64,000 nt of DNA. Source: the human T2T-CHM13v2.0 reference genome, Homo sapiens. The notes under the pieces are model-generated. The model saw only the letters and a list, made by a program, of their open reading frames with translations, was not told the origin of the DNA and searched no databases. Position 1 is the stretch's first letter, and each line of letters opens with the position of its first letter. Shown here in pieces: positions 53,500 through 64,000 of the stretch. A program made the translations under genes and the position numbers. Location: NCBI GenBank assembly GCA_009914755.4, contig CP086569.2, positions 2,944,001 to 3,008,000 on the forward strand, in the 5' to 3' direction.

Positions 53500-55500
53500 C
53501 TTGAAATTAGTCCATTTCATTTGTTATCAAATTTGTGGTAATAACATTGTTCACACTATTTATTATTGTTTTAATAGCCATATGACCGTATTGATATCCC
53601 CGCTTTTATTTTTTATTCTATCTTCTCTTGATTTTTTTTTTGTAAGCCTGGCTAGAAGCTTATCAATATTATCTAGGTTTTCAAAGAACCAGCCTTTGGT
53701 TTCATTGATTTTTCTCTCTCAATTTCCTTATTTTAAATTTTATTGATTTATTCCATATTTTTATTACTTTTTTCTTCTGCTTACTTTGAATTTAACGTGC
53801 CCTGTTCTACTTTCTTAAAGTAAAAGATTTCAGATGCTTCTTATTTTCTAATATATGCCTTCAATGTTATAAATTTATCTCTAATCACTGATTTTTTTCT
53901 GCTTTCCTCAAATTTTGATAACTTGTGTTTTTATTTCCATTTATTTCAAAATATTTTAATATCTCTTGAGATTTTTTTCTTTGACCCATATGTTACTTAG
54001 AAGTGTGATGTTTAACAAGTATTTTGAGATTTTTAAGCTTTCTTTCAATTATTGATTTCTAGTTTAATTACATTTTGGTCTGAGAGCATACTTTGTGTAA
54101 TTTTATTATTATAAGTTGAGGTGCATTTTATGGTTCAGCATATGGTCGATCTTGGTGAATGTTTTATGTAAGCTTAAGAAGAATGTGTATTCTATTGTTA
54201 TTGGATGAAGTAGTCTATAGATGTCAATTATATCCAGTTCATTGATGATCTTGAGTTCACTAATGTCTTTAATGATTTCCTGATGGCAGGATTAGTTCAT
54301 TTATGATGGAGGGGTGTTGAAGTCCCCATAAAGGATTTATCTATTGTTTCTTACAGTTCTATCAGTTTCTGCCTTACATATATTGTTGTTGCCTCACATG
54401 AGTATTTTGCCTCCCATACTCTGTTGTTACGTACATACAAAATAAAAGTTATTATTGCTTAGTAGAAAATTTAGGTTTATATCTATAAGTAATGCCACCT
54501 TTATCCCCATTAATTTTATTTGCTGTAAAGTTTGCTCTAACATTATCTATCCAGCTTGCTTTTGATTAGGGTTAGCATGGTATATCTTTCTTCATCTCTT
54601 CAGTTTTAATCTATATGTGTCTTTATATTTAATGTGAGTTTTTATAGACAACAAGTAGTTGAGTCTTGTTTTTTGATCCGCTTTGAAAATTTTTGTTTTA
54701 ATTGTTATATTTAGGGTATTAGAATTGAAAGTAATTATTGATATAGTTGGATTAATACATATCATATAGGTTAATGTTCTCTATGTGTTGCCCTTGTCAT
54801 TTATGATGATGTTTGTTTTCTCTTTTTCTCTCTTTTTTGGTTTTAATTGAACTTTTTATACGTTTCCATATGCCCTCCTCTTTTAGAATATAAATTATTG
54901 GTGTTTTTTTCCTCCTTTTAGTGGTTGCTCCAGAGTTTGCAGTATATATTTGCAGCTAATAAAAGTCTGCTTTTAAATGACCCTATACCACTTCACCACG
55001 AGTGCAAGAGGCTTATAAATAACAAAATATTTCTATTTATCGTTCCCTCCTCATTGTATTATTTCTATCACTCATTTCACTTGTAGATAAGCTGTAATTA
55101 TCAAATATGTTACTGCTATCATTAGTTTGACCTGTTTTCTGTTAAATCAATTAAGAATAAGAAAAATAAGAATTGGTATTTTAAGTTCACTTATTTCGTC
55201 TCTAATGTCCTTACTTTCTTTATGTAGATCTAGAGTTTCTTACCTGCATTATTTTTATTCTCTTTGAGGAACTTCTTTTAACATTTCTTGTAAGTGAGAT
55301 CTACTGCCAAAAAACTGAGGAAGTCTTTATTGTTGCTTCACATTTAAAGGGTAATTTCACAGGATATGACATTCTAGGTTGGGGATTGTTTTCCCCTCAA
55401 CACTAATTATTTTACTAATTCCACTCTGATTTGTATAGTTTCTTAGGAAATGTTAGATGTAATTTTTATCATATTCCCTCATACTCTGTAAGTAAGTTCC
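53500..55500 (-). mobile_element. Partial older L1 copy (antisense): ORF2 N-terminal ~1.7 kb plus the ORF1 C-terminal region; both ends non-canonical
   Basis: Shares blocks with the neighbouring full-length L1 (gtaagcctggctagaagcttatcaatattatctaggttttcaaagaaccagcctttggtttcattgatttttctctc at 53640 versus cttagtctgggtaaaggtttgtcaattttctttatcttttcaaaaagtcaactttttgttttattg at 58620). ORF1 C-terminal-like frames are seen in reverse complement at ~55270-55450. Confidence 0.5.
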
Positions 55501-55540
55501 CCACCATCCGGCTTCTTTTTGTTGTTGCTTTTGTTTTGTG

Positions 55541-58500
55541 AGTATACAGTGTGTATATATATTTATAGCTTATTTGAGATATTTTGATAGAGGCATGGAG
55601 TGCATAATAATCACATCAGGATAAATGGAGTATCCATCACCTCAAGTATTTATCCCTTTTGTTACAATCAAATTACACTCTTTTAGCTATTTTATTTTAT
55701 TTCACTTTTATGTTCTTATTTTTTATTTTTTGGAGGGAATCCATTACCTGAAGCATTTATCCTTTGTATCACAAATAATCCAATTACAGCATTTCAGTTA
55801 TTTTAAGGTGTACAATTGTATCATTTTTGAATATAGTCATCCTGTGTGCTAGCAAATACTAGGTCTCATTCATCCTTTCTTACTATATTTTATAACCATT
55901 AAACATTTCTACTTTTCCACCATCATCCCACTACTCTTCCCGGCCTCTGTGTTCCATCATTCTAGTTCCTATCAATATGAATTTAATTATTTTAATCTTT
56001 AGCTCCAAATAAGTGAGAATATGAAAAGTTTGTCTTTCTGTGTCTGACTTATTTCACTTAACATGACCATCAATTCCATCCATGTTGTAGCAAGTGACAG
56101 AATTTCACTCTTTTCATGACTGAATAGTACTCCATTGTGTACATGCACCACATTTTCTTTATGCATTCATCTGTTGATGGACACTTAGGTCGCTTTCAAA
56201 TCTTGGTTATTGTGAAGAGCACTGCAATAAACATGGGAGTGCACATATCTCTTCAATATACTAATTTCCTTTCTTTTGGGTACATACCTAGCAGTGAGAT
56301 ATCTGGATCTCAGTAACTCTATTTTTTATTATTTTGAAGAACCTCCAAACTGTTTCCCAGGTTGGTTGTAATAATTAACATTCCCAGCAACAGTGTATGA
56401 GGCTTCCCTTTTCTTCACATCCTTGCCAGCATCCTTTTCTTCACATTCTTGCCTATCTTTTGGATAAAAGCCATTTTAACTGGAGTGAGATGATATCTCA
56501 TTGTAGTTTGGAGTTGCATTTTTCTGATGATGAATGATGTTGAGAACGTTTTCATATGCCTTTTTGCCATTTATGTGTCTTCATTTGAGAAATGTCTTTT
56601 CAGATCTTTTGCCCATTTTTTAAATTGGATTATTACATTTTTTTCTATAAAGTTGTTTCAGCTTCTTAGATATTCTGGTTATTAATCCCTTGTCAGATAG
56701 GTAGTTTGCAAATATTTTCTCCCATTCTTTGGGCGGTCTCTTCATTTGTTGATAGTTTCCTTTTCTGTGTAGAAGCTTTGTAACTTGATGTGATCCGATT
56801 TGTCCATTTTTGTTTTGGTTGCCTTTGCTTGTGGCAAGGATTCTTTGCCAAGTCCAATGTCCTGGAGAGTTTCCACAATGCTTCTTTTAGTAGTTTCATA
56901 GTTTCAGGTCTTAGATTTAAGTGTTTAATACATTTGACTTGACATTTGTATGTGGTGAGAGATAGGAGTCTAGTTTCATTCTTCTGCATATGAATGTGTA
57001 CTTTTCCCAGCACCATTTATAGAAGAGACTGTCCTTTCCCCAATGTATGTTCTTGGCACCTTTGTTTAATATGAGTTAACTGTAGATGTGTGGAGTTATC
57101 TATGGGTTCCCTATTCTATTCCACTGATGTATGTGTCTCTCATCATCAAATACCATGCTTCTTTGGGTACTATAGCCTGTAGTATAATTTCAAGTCAGGT
57201 AATGTGATTTCTTTAGTTTTATATTTTTTGCTTAGAATAGTTTTGGTTACTCTGGGTATTCTCTGGTTTCACATACATTTTAGGATGGATTTCTGCTATT
57301 ATTGTGAAGAATGTCATTCGTGTTTTCACAGGGATTGCATTAAATCTGTAGATTGCTTTGGATAGTATAAACATTTTTAACAATATCGAATCCTCTGACC
57401 TATGAACGTAGAATATCTTTCCATTTTTGTGTGTCTTCTTCAATTTATTTTATCGAGGTTTTATAATTTTCAGTGTAGAGGATTTTCACTTTTGTTATTT
57501 CCTGTGTATTTAATTTAACTGGTAGCTATTGTAAATGGAGTTACTTTTCTGATTTCTTTTTCATATTGTTCATTGTTGGCATATAGAATGCTTTTTCTTT
57601 GTTGATTTTGTATCCTGAAACTTTACTGTTTATCAGTTTTAATAGTTTTATAGTGGGGTCATTAGTTTTTTTAATTTAAAATCATATCATCTACAAATAA
57701 AGATAATGTGATTTCTTCCTTTCCAATTTGGTTGCTCGTCATTTTTTCTCTTGTATGACTGCTCCAGCTATGATTTGCAGAACTGTGTTGAAAAACAGTG
57801 GAGAAAGTAGGCATCCTAGTTGTGTTCCTGATCATAGAGAAAAGGCTTTCACTTTTTTCCTATTTCATCTGATACTAGCTATGGGTCTCTATTATATGGC
57901 TTTCATTCTGTTGAGGTACATCCCTTCTATACTGTGTTTATTGAAGGTTTTTAATCATGAAGGGATGTTAATTTTTGTAAGTGATTTTTCAGTATTAATT
58001 GAAATGATCATATGGTTTTTGTCTTATATTTTGTTTATATGATGTATCACATTAACTGATTCACATATGTTGAACAATCCTTGCATCCCTGGGATAAATC
58101 CCACTTGGTCATGAGAAACGATCTTTTTAATGGGTTGTAAAGTTCGGTTTGCTAGTATTCTATTGAGGAATTTTGCTCAATATTCACCAGTGATATTGTC
58201 CTATAGTGTTGTTTCTCAGATGTGTCTTAGTCTGATTTTGGTATCAGGGTAATACTGGCTTTATAGAATGAGTTTGGAAATATTCCCTACTCCTCCAATT
58301 TTTTTTTTGAAATAGTTTAAGGAGGTTCTTTAAGTGTTTGTTAGAATTTAGCAGTGAAGCCATCAAATCCTGGGTAGAAGATTTTCTATTATGGCTTTGA
58401 TCTGACTACTTTTTTATTGGTCTGTTCAGGTTTTGTATTTCTTCATGATTCAAATTTGGTAGATTGTATGTGTCTAGGAATTTATCTATTTCTTCTAGAT

Positions 58501-61500
58501 TTTCCAATTTATTGGCATATAGTTGTTCATACTAGCCACTAATGATCCTTTGAATTTTGGTGGTATCTGCTGTAATGTCTCCTTTTTCATCCTAATTTTA
58601 CTTATTTGGGTCTTTCCTTTTCTTAGTCTGGGTAAAGGTTTGTCAATTTTCTTTATCTTTTCAAAAAGTCAACTTTTTGTTTTATTGTTCTTTTGTATTT
58701 TTTTCTTTAATAAAATTAATTGATTTCTTCTGCAACATTCATTATTTCTATTTTTCTACTAATTTTGAATTTAGTTTGCTCTTGACTTCCAGTTTTTTAT
58801 AATACATTACTAGGTTGATTATTTGAAGTTTTTCTTCTTTTATAATGTAGGAATTTGTAGCTATAAACTTTACTCTTAGTACTGCTTTTACTATATCCCA
58901 TAAGCCTTGGTGTTGTGTTTCTATTAGTTGTTTCAAGAAATTTTTGAATTTCCTTTGTAATTTTTTATTGAATTACTGCTTATTCAGGAACATATTGGTT
59001 AATTTCCACATGTTTGTATGGTTTCAGAAATTCCTCTTGTTATCAATTTCTAGTTTTATTCCATTGGGATCAGAGAAGATGCTTGATATATTTCAAATTT
59101 TTGAATATTTTAAGACTTTTTTTGTGACCTAATGTATGGTCCATACTTGTGAAGAAGACCTTTTTGTGTTGCATCTATTTGAGGATTTCAGAGCGTCCTA
59201 TATCTATATGTCTAAGCCACTTGTTAGATTTGGGAAGATTCCAGCTACTATTTTGTTACATGGGTTTTCTATGCATTTGACCTTCTTTTTGTTTTCTGGA
59301 ATACAAAAAAAAAAATTAAATATTCAGTCATTCTATGGTGTTTTATATGTCAGAGAGGTTTGGATTATTCTTTATTAATTTTTCTTTTTCTTTATTTTTT
59401 TTTCTGATTGGGTTGTTTTAGAATACCCATCTTTTAGTTTTCTAATTATTTCTTCTGCTTTTTTGAGTATTTTGTTGGAGCTCTCAAATGTATTTTTTTT
59501 TCCTATTGAGTTTATTAGGTCCATGATTTTTAAAATACTATCTATTTCCTTGGTGAATTTATCATTGATATTCTGAATTGTTTTTCTGATTTCTTTGTAT
59601 TGTTTACCTGTGTTCTCTTTATCTCACTAAGTTCTTTAATGTCATATTTTTGAATTCATTTTCTGTCACTTCATAATTTTTATTGGAATCTATTTCTGGA
59701 GAATTATTGTGTTTTTTGGAGGAGTCATATTTCAATGCTTTTTCATGTTTCTTGTTTCCTTACATTAATATCTGTTCATCTAATGTAATAATCATTTCTT
59801 CTAAGTTTTTAGATTGACTTTTGTGAACGACTTTTTCCTGAAAATACACCTATGGCGAAGGTTGGGTAGAATACTTTAGCTTTGATTCTACATGCATGGA
59901 ATAGTGCAGCCTCCATATAATTTATCCTGCTATAAGCAGTGTCAGTGGCATCTGTGATTTCTTCATTGGCTTGGTTTGTTTGTTAGTGGAGGCTGTGGCA
60001 AGACTTTGCTGGGAATGGGGGCAGCAGGTGAGCCAATCCGGTGATGGCAGTGGTGGGCTAAGTGTGTCTGTCCTTAGGCCCCAGTGCTGTCTGCAGGGGC
60101 ATTGGTGTTAGTGGGTTTAGGTGGGCCGATTCCTAGGCCTCTAGGCACATTTCTCAGGTGCTGGCAGTTGCAGTAGTGGGCCAAGCAGGTGGGCAGGACC
60201 TCAGGCCCGTGGGCAATGTCCTTAACATGAACAATGGTAGTAGCAGTGTCGGGATAACGGTTGGGCTCTCAGGTGGCACACACTAATGTTAACGGTGGTT
60301 TTGATTAGCTGTTTTGGCCAATCTCCAGGCCCCCAGTTGGAGTGTGTAGGTGTGTGACAGTGTTGGTAGCAGGAGGCTGAATGGACTTCTCCTCATTTTC
60401 CTGAGAGGAGTGCATAGATGGTGTTGGACTGGGATGGTGATCCCTAGACCTCTGTCAGTATATTCAGGCACTGGGGATGGTGTTGGTAGGCCAGGCAGGT
60501 TTGTCCTCAGGACCCCTGGCGGTGCACATGAGCACAGGCTGTGATGAGCAGGGTGGGGCAACCCATAGTAGTGGGTGGAAACAGGCTGACCTCAGTGCAA
60601 TCTAAGTGCATAGCAGCCATGCTGCTGGAGGGAATGGGGTTGCTGTCAATGAGGGCAGCCCCAGGCAGGCAAGCAGCTTTCAGGCTCTGAGGAGCATGTA
60701 CTTCAGCCCTAGAGACAGTGGAGGCAGTGGCAGTGTGTGGGGAGAGCCTGTCTTCAGTGCATGCGTTAGTGTACAGCAGCTGCGCTACTGGTAGAAGAGA
60801 GGCTGCTATCAGTGGGAGTGGCCCCAGATAGGTGGGTGGCTTTCAGGCTCTGAAGAGCACATACTTTGGCCCTTGACAGCAGCAGTGGCCATGGCAGTGT
60901 GTGTGGACACTGTCCTTAGGAAACTTGCTAGTGTGCAGTCACCTAGATGCTTATGGGGTTGGGGTTGCTCTTAGCAGCCTCAGGCAGGCAAATCTCAGGC
61001 TCTGGAGACCACATGCTTTGGCTTCCTTTGTCGTAGGGACAGTCTCCCCAGGGCACTGTACTGCCTTTTTCCCAGGGTGCAGGACTCTGTGTGGGCTAGA
61101 GTGCTGGGGACCCTTCTGCACTGTAGGGTCCAGCCAGAATTGTGCCTCTGCAGTCCTCCAGGTGTATGTGGGGGAATGTCTGTGGGGTTCTGAAGATGTG
61201 GAGATGCTGGTTCTGCTGGGCCTGAAGGCAAACTATAATCAGGTAGGGACTAGATTCTCAAAATGGGACAGGCATGTAGCTGCTTAAATCTCAAGCGGTG
61301 TGTGGGACCAGGTGTAAGTTCCCCATCTGGAGCACTACCATCACATGGACTCCAGGCAGCTCCTTACTTTAGGCTCGGGCCTGTAAGGGTCAAGGGACTC
61401 TCCAATGGTTAGGGGTTTAGGAATCCACAGTGGAAATATGAACCACTGGGAATCTCTCACTTACTCCTTCCCTGAACTGGAGAGCATCTCCAGGCTCCTG

Positions 61501-61687
61501 GACAATTCTGGCTGAGCTGTCTGTTTTACTTCCCTCTTCCATCCCTCAGGTGTTTACTGTCACATCTCTGCTGAATTTTAGTGCTCTTTCTTAGATGCTC
61601 TATTTAAATTAGGACTATCTTTTCACAATTTTTGTTATTTGTGGAGGAGGTGAGTATCTGATTTCTCTAGTCAGCTATCTTGAACCC
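55541..61687 (-). mobile_element. Full-length old L1 (L1PB/L1MA-like, ~6.1 kb), antisense. A-rich tail (as T-rich) at ~55514-55540, a 3'-terminal ~100-bp internal duplication, decayed ORF2 and ORF1, and a 5'UTR carrying tandem ~140-170-bp repeats
   Basis: Reverse complement of an old-type L1 3'UTR at 55550-55900. Antisense ORF2p fragments (56693-57016 ...HLNLRPETMKLLKE...; 57219-57443 ...YRFNAIPVK...). 58900-59290 is homologous to 18830-19190 of the other full-length L1. GC-rich 5'UTR-like sequence fills 59950-61687. Candidate TSDs tccccaccatcc (55502-55513) and tccccacaagcc (61688-61699). Confidence 0.7.
59950..61070. repeat. Tandemly repeated GC-rich monomers in the L1 5'UTR (antisense)
   Basis: Three clearly related units at ~60640-60780, ~60813-60950 and ~60966-61065 (gctgtcaatgagggcagccccaggcaggcaagcagctttcaggctctgaggagcatgtacttcagccc... 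/ gctatcagtgggagtggccccagataggtgggtggctttcaggctctgaagagcacatactttggccc... / gctcttagcagcctcaggcaggcaaatctcaggctctggagaccacatgctttggcttcc), with looser ggcccc/aggccc-punctuated units upstream. Confidence 0.65.
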
Positions 61688-64000
61688 TCCCCACAAGCCA
61701 TATTTTGACATGAAGTAAATGTGTAGTTAAAAATAAAGTCTACATTTATGTTATATTATCAAATTGTATTGACTGTGTACCTATAATGCGTGGATATGTG
61801 TTCTTGAGAAAAATTGTAATATCAAGTGTCTGATGATAGTATCATGTCATAAGAGAAAATACTTTTTAAAAATGATTACCTTGTCATTGAGTTAAATAAG
61901 AGGCAGAAATTTTCTCAATTGAACTCCATATGCTTAAATCAGAATTTGAATGTGCTTGAGTATACATTCCTTATCTAGAACACTACAGTGCATTTTCTTA
62001 TTTCCTCAAATCCATTGCCTTGCCTACATGGTTATGAGTACCTGTTTGAGGGATTTGTATTCTTGGGAGTGGGTAATATTTATGATTACTTAATCACTTT
62101 ATATAAATATATAAACTTAGGAAGGGAGAGATTCAGTCAGGTGAATCAAGAGTCATGAAGACTAATGGTATGATCGGTTTTATTCCTATTCCTCCTAGTG
62201 CTATAATATATGTTCTGTCTACCTGACTTACAAGCTACTGGAGCAGAGCTGGAGTTTGCAATAGGTATAACTGTAATTAAATAGTCAGTCTCAAAGCAAC
62301 CTGTCAGTAGTTTCAGGATGGAGGGGAATGTTTTGTTGTTGTGGTCACTATCTCTATAAGGTACACCAATTTTATTTTGAATGAAATACTTGAGACAAAG
62401 GACCACTGAGAATGATTAATAGCTTGAGAAGAAAATTTTCCTTCTTTGAGTGACCCTGAGTGCTATTATCCTTTCTCAGATCAGCAACAACCCCGCATTG
62501 TTTTCACTGAGTACGGGGATGTGACCCACATCAAATGTAATCATGATGATGGCTGATTTTCTCCTGAATAAGTGACAGTAATACTAAATCAGTCATTTTT
62601 TCTGACTCATGAACATACAAACAATTTGGGTTTTATTTCCATTTCCTCTGTCTGAAAATGTCAGGCATCAAAATCAGCTTTTATGCTTTAGACCTACATC
62701 CGCTCATTGATCATATTTATCTGAAAAATAATGAGCACCGTGTATCTTTATTTATTCCAGTTATTCACTCTGAACAGTTTCCAAGCTGACTTAGAGATAT
62801 TGAAGTGAAGCTATGAGAAGTTAAATAATTAAAGTGAGAATTTAGACTTTTTTATTTTTCTTGCTCCTTCTCTCAATAAACACACATTTTTCAATCACTT
62901 CTCCCTTCAGGAGGTTATTAATTTCAGGTTCTCCAAATAGTGTGAAGTAGGGATTCAAATTCACGCTTTTGCATGTAGATATCTAGTGGTACCTAAACAA
63001 TGTGCTCTTTTCCCATGGAATTATTTTGGTGTAGTTGTCAAAAATTGATCATAAATGTAAGAGTTTGTTTCTATACCCTAATTTCTAATTATTGATATAT
63101 ATTTATACCTTCATGCTAGTATTACAAATAAGTGATGACTATAGTTTTATAGTTGACTGTGACTTTTCAATTTGTTTTTTCTTTTTCAAGATTGTTTTGG
63201 CTGTTATGAGTGTCTTGAATTTTCATATAAATTTTAGGAGCATCTGACAATTTCTGCAAAAAAAAGCAAGATGTGATTTTGATTGGATTTGTATTTAATC
63301 TATAGACCAACTTGGGCAATATTATGGTAACGATATTGTTTTCTGTTCTATAAACATAGCATGACTTTTACTTCTTTTATACTTTTCAGTACTAAAGTGT
63401 TGTGCTTCTTTCACTAAGTTTTTAGTTGGACATAGAGAGTAGAAGTATGGTTATCAGAAGAATTTTATTCTTTTGATGCTGTTGTAAAGTAAGTCATTTC
63501 CTTAATTTTATTTTCTAATTACTCAATCAAAATATTTCTAATTACTCAATGAAAACAGAAATACAATTGATATTTGTATATTGATCCTGTGTTCTGACAA
63601 AGATTGTGAACTTGCTTATTATTTCTAATAGATATTTAGTATATTCCTTGGGATCTTCTCTACGTAAGATGCTATTATTTGAAAATAAAATTGTTTTAAG
63701 TCTTCATTTTCAACCTAAATGGTATTTACTTATTTATTATTTACTTATTTCCCAAACTGGCCTTGCTAGAACCTAAAATCCAATGTTGAATAAAAGTCAC
63801 AAATATGGACACATTTATGTTTCTTCTTCTGGATATGAGGTATCATCTGTTATTATTTATATCCTTAATACAATCCATCTTTGTTCCTACCTTTCTTCTT
63901 GTATTAATATTGTTACATAAATTATATTTCCACGTATTATAGGTTCAATAAGTAAATTATATATTGTTTTATGTAGTTGCTCTTCAAATAAGAGAAGAAA

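Noticed and set aside
60289-61287. Long ORFs on both strands (60901-61287 +, 128 aa; 60289-60561 -, 90 aa; 60995-61231 -; 60350-60544 +)
   Set aside because: They lie entirely within the GC-rich, tandemly repeated 5'UTR of an antisense L1. The overlapping frames on both strands, proline/glycine-rich composition and lack of any recognisable domain indicate artefacts of base composition.

Overview
This window is primate, almost certainly human, nuclear DNA from a repeat-dense, gene-poor region. It is not a prokaryotic locus: there are many Alu SINEs, several L1 LINEs of different ages, MaLR/THE1-type solo LTRs, MIR fragments and microsatellites, and no operon-like gene arrangement or CRISPR-like array. 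About two-thirds of the window is recognisable interspersed repeat.

L1 content:
- Two near-full-length old L1 copies lie in minus orientation at about 15637-22560 and about 55541-61687.
- A long composite plus-strand L1 region spans about 30258-42150. It carries a nested L1PA insertion, a MaLR LTR, an Alu and internal discontinuities.
- Three L1 insertions show 5' inversions of the kind produced by twin priming: about 3085-4095, 7555-10420 and 31658-33086. Each has recognisable target-site duplications (TSDs).

Other elements:
- Six Alu copies are present. Four have clear TSDs, two of them on full-length copies. One Alu is 5'-truncated and one is 3'-truncated.
- The only sequence derived from a cellular gene is an intronless, frame-disrupted retrocopy of an acyltransferase mRNA at about 26700-30258, with the CDS-homologous part at 26957 to about 28030. 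I recognise the parent as AGPAT5 (1-acylglycerol-3-phosphate O-acyltransferase 5).

I found no intact protein-coding exon and no structural RNA gene. Nothing here supports a novel biological system. Almost all ORFs in the supplied track are decayed L1 ORF1/ORF2 remnants, the pseudogene, or spurious frames through GC-rich L1 5'UTR and LTR sequence. Coordinates are approximate (tens of bp) unless described as read directly.
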